Assembly (NCBI RefSeq): GCF_009914755.1
Contig: NC_060936.1
DNA length: 64,000 nucleotides
Direction: 5' to 3' (one strand)
Origin: the human T2T-CHM13v2.0 reference genome, Homo sapiens
This document shows, piece by piece, positions 14,327 through 26,215 of the stretch (positions are counted from its first letter, which is position 1; every line of letters starts with the position of its first letter). The position numbers and the translations under genes are program-made. The notes under the pieces were generated by a model that saw only the letters and a program-made list of their open reading frames with translations, had not been told where the DNA came from and made no database searches.

Positions 14327-14779
14327 TAAAATGTATGTGAATCCCCAACAGATGCTGCATATTTTATTTTATTTTATTTTACTTATTTTTCTCCCAGACA
14401 TAAAATTATTTTTCTTTCACTGAACAGGTCTTTGCATAATAAAGGGTACCATAATAGTAATAGCAAATTGTTACTGAACACTTGTGAGCCAAAAACTCAG
14501 TTAGTACGGGATAAGTGCTTGGCATGCATTATTTCATTCAGTCATCGCAATGTTGTGAGGTAGGCACAATTACATTTTACAAGTGCAAAAACTAAGACAT
14601 AGAAGAAAATATTAAATATTTCAATTACACAAGCATTTAAAATTCCTTTCCTAATATCACCCTATAGACAGTGAAAAGAGTAATGGTCTGGATTCTAAAA
14701 ATGAGACATTCGCAATGCATGTATTAACAAGAGATTGATATCGGGAATACATAAATACCTCCTATGAATCAATTTCTTA

Positions 14780-14975
14780 AAAAGTATTTATTGTATATAT
14801 TTAAGATGTAAAATATGTCTGGGATACATAGATAGTGAAAAGGTTACTATAGTCAAGCAAATTAACATATCCATCATCTCACCCACTTTTTTTTGTGTGT
14901 GGCAAGAGCACCTAAAATCTACTCTTCAGCAAAACTCAAGTACAATACAATATTATTAAGCATTGTACTGCATTT
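14780..14975 (-). mobile_element. L1MA-type 3' end fragment, antisense
   Basis: 'ttattgtatatatttaag...tagtcaagcaaattaacatatccatc...aaaatctactct'. Confidence 0.75.
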
Positions 14976-17156
14976 TTAACGTTATTTCTGGGTAACCTCA
15001 GTTTCTCCCGAAGCCCCAGCCATAAATGGCATATACAGTTTGACAATGATTTCTCAAATTATCTGTGTGCATATTTAACCACAAACAACAATTTTCTCTT
15101 TTTATCCTCCTATTTTATGGATGTGTGTTGAAATGAGAATAGGAATTTTATGAAAATTCTACAGACTGTTTTCCAATCCCATCATCTAAAGGACAACTGA
15201 TTTTCCTATTGATAATATTGATATTATTAATACAAATTATAATAGTTATCACATGTAGTGCTAAGTGCTTTCTAGAGGATTATCTCATTTAGTTCTTACA
15301 GTAACTTTGTTGGCATCATCATTCTCTTTTCCAGACCAGGAAACTAAAGTTCACGTTAAGTAACTTGCCTAAGAAGACATACCACGTGGTAGGCAGAATT
15401 AATGTCTGCGCCCAGGTTGTCTGACTTTTAGGCACTATGCTTTATTGCTTCAGTCATCTTTAAGAAGTTATAATAAAATTAGAGTTTGTTAGTCATCTTG
15501 GGAATCTACCTGGAGGTGCACAAGCAGAGGTAAATGCTTCTTTGCAAGCTCTGCAGAGACAGCTTTAACAAAGCAGGGAAGTGTCAGATAACGATGTTTC
15601 AGCGCAACTCGGTTCCTGCGTTACCTCCTGCAAGTTGCTTAACCTCACTGGGCCCCAGTTTCATCCTCTGCAAAAAGAAGCCGTGGCATGAGAGGATCTC
15701 TGAGGCCCCTTCTTAATTTAATGACTCAAATGCTCCCTAATTTAAAGAAGCTTGTGAAATGAGAAAAGAAAAGAGGAAGTAAAAGGGAGATTGGGGAGGA
15801 CTCAGCCCATCAGCATAGAATCTTCTGGATGGGCTTTCCTCACCTTCCTCAGCTGCTCATCCCCTATTCTACAAAGGGCAGAGCTGAGTTTTGCTTATTT
15901 TTGACTTTGGTCCTTTGCACAGGAAAAATGAAATGGAGAATGAACAGTTATATGTTTAACCAGGTTAATGTGGACCCCATTTATTAGGCCCCAAAGCACA
16001 TATCATTTTTTCACACAGGCTTGCTACTCTAGTTTTCTGTATTTTCTGCTTCACAGATGCGCATACAGATTAACTTTCACATTGGAGGCCTCACATCCTC
16101 ATGTTTGCTACTCAGCAAAGCACTGGCAAGCATTAGATGTGCTGAGATGGGGACTTAATCTTCTCAGGCTCAATTAAAATGTCGAATTAAATTAGGATGG
16201 TTACTCACAGCATGCATATGACATAGCACACATCAATGTTTTTGCTTGCAAATTCAGTGAAATTTCCAAGACTTTGAAAGTGAATTACACTTAAAAATTT
16301 ACACCCATGTCAGGATAGAGCATCATCTGTTTCATTAATGCAGCTCTAAATGAACTGAGGACAAGAAAAGGTAGAACTCCTGAGTTTAGATTAAACAAAT
16401 TACCTGGGTAATTCAGAGAAAGGTGACTTTCATGTCTCATAGAACATAGATTGAGTCAGATGGACCAGGGATTCAAAACCAGGCTCTGCATTATGACAGG
16501 ACTCAATCAAGTTGCTAATTTCACTGAGCCTCAGTTTTATCACCACTAAAATGGGGATATTCTTTTTTACGGGGTTGAAAGATTGGAGAAAACACATGAA
16601 AAATTATAGGACTATACTGGTCAAGAATAGATGTTCCGTGAATATTTGTTCCCTTCCTCTTCTTCCTTCCCTGCCCCAGTGTGGTCTGCTTTGTTGCAAA
16701 GCTTCACTGAAGCTAGGTAACTGTTTCCACACCAAATACTTTCCCCTGGATGGGAGCTATGTCCCCACTCCTTCCTCCTTAAAAATAGATTTTTGTCTTT
16801 GAGGAGTATTAAAGAGATAAGAAGTTCTGGGGAATTGAAAGGATTGTTTAAAAACTGAATCAACCTTAAAATGAGACTATATTATATTTCTTTTAAAAAC
16901 TTTCATGTAAACAATTTAATTTTAGGTTTTATTTATTGCTCCCTGTCTTCATTGAAGCCAGAGGTCACTCTGCGAATGATGAGAAATGTCAGTGAACACA
17001 GGCACAGCTAATGAAGAGAATTCCCTCTGGCTCTGGAGCAAAATACCACAGAGACTTAACTCACGGCCCAAAGCTGGATCTGCAAAATTGTGCTGGATTA
17101 TGCATCTAGACACACAGGCCATGGATATTAATGTATTAGGTAGAAGAGATAGCGAT

Positions 17157-17254
17157 GAGAGAGAGAGAAGGAAGAGGGGAAAGAGGGAGAGAGAAAGAGG
17201 AGAGAGAGAGGAGGGAGAAGGGAGAAAGAGAGAGAGGGAAGAGAGAGAGAAAAG
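17157..17254. repeat. GA-rich polypurine tract
   Basis: About 98 bp of only A and G. Confidence 0.95.
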
Positions 17255-17900
17255 TGGAAATACCAGAAGTAGGGGATTTCTATCAGAGAAGTTCCTATGT
17301 GAGCATCAGCATTCTCTGTAACTCCTGCTACCTCCACTTTCCCTGCTGACTAGGATATGTCTGACTTCCCCCAAATCGGGCTGTGGGTCTAGTGCAGGTC
17401 TGGAGAGTCAGGCCATCTCTAAAACACTGTTGACATTTCAGAGCTAGTCAAGGATTTGAATGTGCTGTGCTGCTTGCCTGGCAATTTGGTGTATTACGGG
17501 ATTGCAAATTTGTCTCTCAGGACACCAGAAGCCTTCTTGGTTCGGGATTCCACCCTCTCCCCACCGCCCCTGTCCCTGGTGACATGGAGGAATCCATACT
17601 CCCCACTTTGCGGTGCTGCTTTCTACCACCTCAGCCCCATGAAGGACTACGAAAACTTCAAAACTGGATGAGAAAAACCAAAGACAAGATTATTTTGTAA
17701 GAGACAATAAATATTGTAATCAATCCAGAGAAGGGCACAAATTACTAGAAACGTAATTTCTTACCATTTGTCTTTGTGAGAGAAACAATTTATTATTTCT
17801 TGCCTGTGCATTTTTTAGTGTGTTTTTCTAACCCACATTCATATGCACAAAGAGAGAGAACTCAAAGAGATCCCGTGAGCTTTGCTGAGTGCCCAACGTG

Positions 17901-17908
17901 TGACGTCA
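17901..17908. promoter_or_regulatory. Full palindromic CRE motif (TGACGTCA) in ARHGDIB intron 1
   Basis: Exact consensus match; function is inferred only. Confidence 0.35.
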
Positions 17909-18360
17909 TGCCACCAAGTACCTTCACAAATATTATTTTAAATAATTCTCAAAGAAAACTGTGCATTAAGGAAGCCATTGCCTTCAGTATCTCAATATAT
18001 TCACAAAAGTTTTAAATTAGCATGAAAAGTTAGACAGAATTGAGAGAGAATTTTTTTTATGACCGTTTGTGCTAAGATTATTAGGCTCTTTAAGAAAGCC
18101 CAAGTGAATTTTTACCAGCGGTAAAATTCACTCTTTGGCTGTGGACACCAGAGAGTAACACAACACAGGATGATTCAGGATGTGCTTATTGCACAGATAA
18201 ATGTTGCTGACGTTTCAGGGGCAACATGAGACTCATCTCTGGGTATGCCAGTGTAGCCTTGAATACAGGATCCCGGGCAGCAATAACACAAACCAGGAAT
18301 AAGAACTCTCAAAATATGGAATTGGAGAAAATTTCTTCCATGTGATTCTTCCTAAAGAAT

Positions 18361-18715
18361 GTGGGAGATCACCTGAGCCTCAGGAGGTCGAGGCTGCAGT
18401 GAGCTGCGTTCACGCCCCTGCACTTCAGCTCGGGTGACAGAGTGAGACTTGTCTCAAAAAAATAATAATAGGCCATGCATGGTGGCTCACGCCTTTAATC
18501 CCAGGACTTTGGGAGGCCAAGGCAGGCGGATTGCTTGAGCCCAGGAATTCAAGACCAGCCCTGGCAACATGGAGAAACCCCGTCTCTACTAAAAATGGTA
18601 AAATTAGCCAGCGTGGTGATGCGCGCCTATAGTCCCAGCTACTCGGGAGGTTGAGGCGGGAGGATCACGTGAGCCTCCTGAGTAGGTAGGACCACAGGCA
18701 CGCACCACCATGCCC
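18361..18715 (+). mobile_element. Composite Alu: right-arm 3' piece, then a 3'-truncated Alu, then a short inverted Alu fragment
   Basis: 18361-18470 is an Alu 3' end with tail. 18471-18675 is an Alu 5' two-thirds. 18674-18715 is an antisense Alu piece. Confidence 0.9.
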
Positions 18716-19842
18716 TGTGAATTGCAATTCAGAGGCATTGTGGCTATTGATCCTTTTTGTATCAGTATGTAATTTTAGTCAAATTATTGAACACTTCTGC
18801 ATTCTTCTCAGGAACAAAATTTGAAAGTTTTTATCACCAGGCCTGACACATAGAAGGCACTCAATGAATGTTGGTTCTCCTTTTCTATCTGCATAATTTC
18901 GACTCCCCAGGGCTTCTCTTTTCCTGCTAGCTGATGTTTGTCATGTACTGTGCTCTCCCAAATCAGCTCAGACCCGTATCTTTCCCTCAGAATGACTTTG
19001 TGGTGCTGAGTGTCTACTGAAAACAGAACCTTAATGTTGCTCAGAGCTAACTTCCCTAGGGGACAAACTCATGCTCTCCAAAGCAAGGAAGGACCAAATT
19101 CCAGTCGAGGCCTGAAAAATGCTTGCCAGTTTCTGTTCAGTGACAGCATAGTTAGTCCTCAGGTTTTGCATCTGTGAAGCATGGATGGAGAAAGAACTGT
19201 CTCTTAGAATTTCACACATCTCACAAAAGAGTAAGATGCTCTTGTTACTAAGCTTGTGCTATATCTGCTTTGGGAGGGAATATATTCTTACAAATTAAAA
19301 AAACACAAAGCCAATGGCAAGATTCACGATGCCTGCTAGGGACTGGACCTCTGCCCCCTGTCTCTCCGGACCAACAGGTGCCATGGTCCTCTTGATCTCC
19401 TGTGCCTGACCATCCCTGCAGTGAAGATGGCCAGGCCAACCCTGACTCCAGGGGCTCTAGGTCTCCATGTGAAGTGGTGACCATGAGCCCTCCGGGTGAG
19501 AGCAGTCTGCCTTTCCCCACTCTGAATGAAGAACTGCCCAGGGCTTGCCAGACACACACCTCAAGTTACCATAGGTCTAGAGTTTAATTACAGATTATGT
19601 TTATGAAACATGCTGGCTGGGAAGTCCTCTAAAAGGGAAGAAAGTATTTCAGGTCATACCTAAAGCACTTCTCCTAATGGTGGCTGAAATTCAGACCTTG
19701 ACATTTTGAAGGCCCACTGATCAGCTGTCCTAGCTGGGCCCCCTTGAATTTTTCTCAAACCTGTCTCTTAATACGTTATTTGGTGTTTTCCATGTTTGCT
19801 GTTAGTTATCTCATACCTAAAGGGCTATTATCATTATTAATA

Positions 19843-20149
<307 letters not shown>

Positions 20150-20870
20150 TGACAACAACAGCAAAGATCTGCCCATCCGACTGCAGGAATTTAATACACA
20201 GCCTTTGTCAGTGGTAGAAATTCTATCACTGTATGACTCATGAGTACATAACAATGTGCTATACCATACTTCCTCTTTGAGGGATAAAGCCCCTGCACTC
20301 TAAGGGAGGATTTCATTATGCATTTCTCTTATATCACCAGAAAATTATTTAGTGGAAGACAGTTTAATATTTGACAGCTTTGAACCATTTTTTTTTCTCT
20401 TTCAACCAGTCTTTTTACATTGTCTGCTTAAAAACAGGAAACCACATATCTCCACCCCAGCACAACCCACCATCCACCAGCACAGACCGTATCATTTTGG
20501 ATCTACAGTCTTTTTCTTCCAAGCCTGGCCAGGTGCCTGCTCCTACTTTGCAGGAAACCCCTCCAGGCACTCCCGGTGCGTGTTCTCAGAGCCCTTCTGA
20601 GAATATTCAGGATTGCACTTCCTGGGCTGCAGCGCACCCTGTACCCTCCTTTTTTAAGCCTCCTCCCCTGAGTCACTGCTACCCTTCCCTCCTCTAACTT
20701 CCCCTTCTCTGCAGCCTCCTTAGCAATTTCTTATCATAAAGTTTGTTTTAAAGAAGAACTGCCCCTCTAAAAAAATAATAAACTGTCGAGGGCGGTAGCC
20801 CCGTCTAGAGGTTTCCGACTTTGCTCTGTGCCCACCTGAAGCCTCCCCAGCCCGAGGTATTTGAACTTAC

Positions 20871-20940
20871 ATTCAGTGCTTCACGTCTCTGTCCGGGGTG
20901 CCTCTGTCTCTCAACTCTGACTTCTGAGTACTGGCAGTTA
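20871..20940 (-). other. ARHGDIB: ARHGDIB non-coding exon 1 (5' UTR); start site approximate
   Basis: Minus strand reads ...GGCACCCCGGACAGAGACGTGAAGCACTGAAT|GTAAGT, a perfect donor. It joins exon 2 AAATAGATCAGA-ATG, matching my recollection of the mRNA leader. Confidence 0.85.
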
Positions 20941-21130
20941 GAACAGGAAGGAAGTCAATGAGAAAAAAAAATGTTTTAGACCTACTTGAAGAGGAAACCC
21001 TGGGCTGTCTCAAATCCTGTTCCTTTGCACTGCCTATCTCTTGATCAGCCAACTTGAGCAGCATTCTTGTCAATTAATGGCACATGTGCGAGCATGACAG
21101 CCCGTGTGACGTGGAGATGCATGAATGTAC
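20941..21130 (-). promoter_or_regulatory. ARHGDIB: ARHGDIB TATA-less proximal promoter with ETS motifs
   Basis: Tandem GGAA cores 'caggaaggaagt' (20944-20955) and 'gaagaggaaa', plus TGACGT half-CRE near 21107. Fits a haematopoietic promoter, but this is inference. Confidence 0.6.
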
Positions 21131-22699
21131 ACGCAAGAGTGTGGAGCCTAGAGCTATGGGTATTATGAATAATTGTGAGGGTATTTCTGATAATCAGGTC
21201 ATTGCAGTGCATAAGCCTATGGAGGTAAGGAGCCTGAAACCAGTAGCAATAAATTCACATCGGCTTTACTTTGTACCACTCACTTCTGTTCCCACTGGGT
21301 CCCCGCCAGCTTCATTATCAACCAGATACGTTGAAAGTTTGCTGGCAGTGAATGTAGAGTGCTAAGAAATGATGATTGTTAACTGCATATACTACGGTCC
21401 TAAATTTAAAAATGTGTCCTTAAACAGATTTTTGGAGTTTTGTTGGTTATAATTTCAAGACGTAGCTTTGTATTGCACTACAAACAGTCAAATATTGTTT
21501 TTAATAGTTTTGGCTGATTTTTCTTCAAATGAAACAAACAAGCAAGCGAAAGTACTGTCTTTGATGAAACCTAGGAAAGAAATTACAAAAGGAAGTAAAA
21601 CTTCATTAATTCATAGTCTTCCAACTCAGAATTTGTGACAACTTAACAAGTGCCAAAATAGACTTTGTACCATATTTGAGGAAATGGTTTATGAAGTAAT
21701 TTAAATGGGAACAAGTCTCGGAGGCCATGTTTAAACCATCTGAGGAACAGTTTTTAAGCAGCCAAGTCACATTCATGCTGTATATTCCCGTAGCTGTTAC
21801 CAATAATAAATGCTTATTTAGGTTAATATTTCAATATTCAGTATTTACACTACATCAATATATTTAGATCTGACTAAGCACACAAATTTGGAGAAACTGA
21901 CGTTTATTTTGTTTTCACCTAAATGTACTGCATCTTCTTCATTTCCCTTTGTAAATTGATACCACAGGGTTTGCCTTCTACTTAGAGTCAATGAAATCGG
22001 AATAATCAAGGGAGTCATTTCACGTGAGAAGAGATTAGCCTAGAAAAATATGAAAAGGAAAATAGTATATAATTAAAATGAGCAAAAATACTAAAAGCCT
22101 AATACCACTTTATTCTATAAATTTTAAAATAGCATAGACAGAATACAGCCCTTGAAACAATGTACATAACTTTATTGTAAAAACAAAGCAAACCCTAATT
22201 TACACAGAAGGCAGTAACTTACACATTCTATAGCTCTGCACCCTCAAGAGGGGATACATTTATTCATTCCATAACATTTATCGAGCACCTCTTTTCTTTC
22301 AAGTACTGTTCTAGTTCCCTTGTGCAGCAATAGACCGCAGGCGACATCTCTGCTGCCCTGTGGAACTTATGTTGTACCTAGGAGACAATTAAAATAACAC
22401 AGGCAGAATACATTAATTGTAACAAGAAATATTTAAAAATGAAAAATGGTAAATGCATGGTCTCTATTCCACCACTCATTTCTCATGTTATTAGGGAACA
22501 CCTCACTAGGCAAACCTGGCTTTTTTTTTCCCTCCAGAGCCCAGTGTATATCGGAGGGTATGGGAGCACCCCTTCCCAGAAAAATCTGTAAAATCAATAC
22601 ATATTTTACAGATTTGTATTATAGATTAATGTATTTATTGGGGGATGAGAGAGCATTCATAATTTTAGAAAGTTCTAAAAGGACTCCAATTATCAAAAT

Positions 22700-23685
22700 A
22701 TACTTAATTCCTGGTCATATGCAAGGACCCATGGAAAGGTACAGAAATAAACAAGACACAGTCCTAGACCTCAAGTAGCTAAAAGATGTAATGGGGAAGA
22801 CAGAAGCAGACAAATTTAATTTTTTTTTTGTCAGCATAGGAAAAGAAAAAATACATGGTGTGTTTTGAGAGTACATGTAAGGACATCAAGGAAGGCTTTT
22901 TGGAGGAAGTGACCACTGCGCTCAGTTAAGAGGGAGAGTAGGTTTTGAGTAGTTGATGAGCGAAGGGTTGGGAGTGAAAGAGAAGGCACTCGAGGTAGAG
23001 GAGAAACATGAGCAGCAACACGGCCCTGGCCTCCCAAAATGATGTGGGATATGCAGGGTATTATAAGCAAGCAGCTCAAGATTGTTGGAATGTAAAGTGG
23101 AAGTTACATGTGAATGAGAAATATACCTAGAGCAGGGCAGGCACAGTGTTCAGATCACCACGGACCTCTTATGCCATGTTAATAACGAACTCGGCCTAGA
23201 TCCTATCAGTGATGGGGAACTGTTGAAAGTAAAGGATGGACATGATTGTTTTGCATTTCACTTAGTTTACTCTGGCAAACTGATGTGGTTGGATTTGATG
23301 TGAATAAAATCTATTAGGAGACTGTTTAGGCTTGAACACTCATAATGAGATAGACAGAAATGGTCAGATTTGAGAAATATTTAGGTGAAATTGGCATGCC
23401 CTGGTAATTGGTGGGATGTGAAGGATGAGGATGAGGAGGACTGTGGAATCAGGAATGACTTCTGGATTTTTTTGCTAGAATGATTGGGTCCTTGGGGGTA
23501 CCCCCAAGTGAGATAGAGAATACAAAAGAAGAAATAGATGTATTAGGAGAAATAAGGACATACGTTTGGACGTGTCTAGTCCTGAGTTTGAAAAAAAATG
23601 GTGTCGTTTGTTGGAGATGATTTCTGAAAGATAGTGAAATATATAAGCCTGAATTTACATATCATCAGACTATGGATAGTAATTT
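22700..23685 (-). mobile_element. Ancient LINE-2 fragment
   Basis: Degenerate L2-like text ('aaacaagacacagtcctagacctcaag', 'tggtaattggtgggatgtgaagg...gaatgacttctggattttt'); boundaries approximate. Confidence 0.6.
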
Positions 23686-23688
23686 AAA

Positions 23689-23870
23689 CCAGGACACCCA
23701 AAGTGTGGCCTGTGTACCAGCAGACTACCATCACCCAGGAACTCCTTAGAAATAAATGCAAAGTCTCAGGCCAAACCTCCTACATCAGAATCTCTCCCGG
23801 AGGTTGGACCTGGAAATCTATGTTTTAAAAAGCTCTGCAGGTAAACTTTGAGGTTTTAGAAACACTGGTT
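23689..23870. mobile_element. MER5A-like hAT DNA transposon fossil
   Basis: 'caaagtgtggcc...catcacccaggaac...aaatgcaaagtctcagg...catcagaatctct...agaaacactgg'. Confidence 0.75.
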
Positions 23871-24222
23871 TAAACTATGTAAGTGGATGGATTCACCCAG
23901 AAGGAATGGAGAAAGAGAAGTTGGCCAAGCATGGGGCAATCCTGTTAGCTCCACTTTCGGTGAATAACCTGCTGACAGCTTCTTACCTCCTCCTTGTTTA
24001 GCACCCTAGCCTACCATCATTGTGCCTCTGCTGGACTTTCATAGCATTCTCTTTATATGTTTTCTATTTCCATAATAGTCTGATTTAACCTTTATTCTCA
24101 TAACAGACTAAAAAGCATACTCATAATCACATCTTTCCTTCGTTTTCAGACCTCTAGGGATCTTTCATCCACTTAAAATAAAATAGAATTCTATTTTCAC
24201 CTATATCTGCAAATTGGCTTAT

Positions 24223-24689
24223 TGTAGTAGCCATCTTCCAAGACAGCCTCCAGTGATTCTGGTATTCAACCCTGATCACATTGTATCAAGATTGTTCTGT
24301 GTGGCCAATAGAATATGGCAGAAATGATGGCATGTCGCTTCCAAGGTTGTTAGACATTGTGTCTTTTCTCTTGATTTCTCTTAGATCATTCATTCTGTGG
24401 GAAGCAGGGCACCATGTCATAAGGACACTCAAGCCCCCTGTGGAGTGGTCCATGTGGTGAGGACCAAAAGCTGTCTGAGTGGACCATCCTGGAAATGAAG
24501 GTTTCAGCTCCAGATGATGACAGCTCTGGCTGACAGCATGACTGTAACCTCATGGAAGATGTGAGCAGGAACCACCCAGCTATGCCGCTCCTGATTGACC
24601 CATAGAAACTGTGGGAGATAAGAAATATCTATTGTTATGGGCTACTAAATTTTGGGGTAATTTGTCATGTAGCACTATAATTCTAACAT
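24223..24689 (+). mobile_element. MaLR solo LTR (MLT1-like)
   Basis: TG...CA ends, with 'cagaaatgatgggcatgtc', 'gaaactgtgggagataag' and 'aaattttggggtaatttgtcatgtagca'. Confidence 0.75.
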
Positions 24690-25555
24690 ACTCATGATCT
24701 AGCCACTTGCTAGATCCTCCAGACTCATCTGGTAACGCTTAGCCCTTGTTTCCTCCATTCCAGATCATGCCCCTCTTGCTAATCTTTTAATGAGAAACAG
24801 GTTCCCATTTTAGGGATCATTCTCTTTGCAGAAATGTTCTTCCTTTAAATAATCATACCTGATTCATTTCTTTCTTTATTCAGATCTCTGCTCATATGTC
24901 AATTTCTCAGAGAGGTCTTTTTTAACCATTATATTTAAAATAGTGCCTCTATTTCATCATTTTGCTTTATTTCTAGCATGTAACATCCCTTGACATATTT
25001 CCCATGTATTATTTTTTCTGTTTGTTATCCACGTCTCCACAAGACTGTGAGCTCTATAAGGTCAGGGACCTTGTCTTATTCACTGCTGTATCCCAGAGAC
25101 TAGAGCACTGACTGAAAACATAGTATACTGTCAATAAATACCAGCAGAATTAATGAGAAAGGCCCACATACTAGGAAACCTCAGTATTTAGAAAAGATGA
25201 AGTGAGAGATGCCTACAAAGGAAGAAAAGGAGGAATGGCTTGAGAGGGGAGTATAGGAAAAGGGGAAACAGCTCTGCCTGCTGAGTCAAGTCACCTATAT
25301 TGCAGCTTTGAAGAAATATTTATCTGATTGCCACTATGTTGAAGTTGCTATGCATCCTTCTTATGAATTTTTGAATAACAAATTTATTTAAATTTACACT
25401 TTGAAATACTTATAGGTTTACAGAAAATTGAAATGTTCACTCTCTCTCCGCCAATGTCACCATCTTGCATAAATATGTATAATATCAACCCAGGAAACTG
25501 ACATTGATACAATTCACAGAGCCTGCTCCTATTTCTCCAGTTACATATGCACTCG

Positions 25556-25593
25556 TGTGTGTGTGTGTGTGTGTGTGTCTGTGTGTGTGTGTG
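25556..25593. repeat. (TG)n microsatellite
   Basis: gtgtgt... with one interruption. Confidence 0.95.
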
Positions 25594-25801
25594 TAATTCT
25601 ATGCAATTTTATTGCATGTGAAGCTTCTTCTAACTACCACCACAATGAAGATACAGAACTCTGCCATCTCTGTGAGGCTTACTTGTTCTACCCTTCTGTA
25701 GCCACACCCACCTCCTCACACCCATCCCTAACACCTGGTGACCACTAAATTGTTCACCCTCTCTATAAATTTTTTAATTTTAAAAATATTAAATAAATGG
25801 A

Positions 25802-26215
25802 TGATAGACTAGATAAACAAAATGTGGTACATATACACCATGGAATACTATGAAGCCATAACAAAGAACATAAAAAAGCCTTAAAAAAGGAGATCATGTC
25901 CTTTGCAGGGACATAGATGGAGCTGGAGGCCCTTATCCTTAGCAAACTAATGCAGAAACAGAAAACCAAATACTGTATATTCTCACTTATAAGTGGGAGC
26001 TCAGTGATGAGAACACATGGATGCACAGAGGGAAACAACACGCACTGAGGCCTATTGGAGAATGGAGGGTGGGAAGAGGGAGAAGATCAGGAAAAATTAC
26101 TCATGGATATTAGGCTTTATACCTGGGTGATGAAATAATGTGTACAACAAACCCCCGTCTACCTATGTAACAAACCTGCACACGTACCCCTGAACTTAAA
26201 ATAAAAAATTTTAAA
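25802..26215 (+). mobile_element. L1PA-type 3' end nested in the older antisense L1
   Basis: 'aaaatgtggtacatatacaccatggaatacta...ttctcacttataagtgggagc...aaacctgcacacgtacccctgaacttaaaataaa'. Degenerate duplication aatatta..taaa.gga on both sides. Confidence 0.88.

Noticed and set aside
16986-17349. R/E/G-rich ORFs
   Set aside because: Read-through of the GA tract.
19248-19587. GC-rich intron 1 patch with ORFs, a 7SK-like 3' phrase (gcagtctgcctttc) and a weak CTCF-like motif
   Set aside because: The 7SK similarity is only about 14 nt and does not extend. The CTCF match is 11/14 and the ORFs resemble nothing I know.
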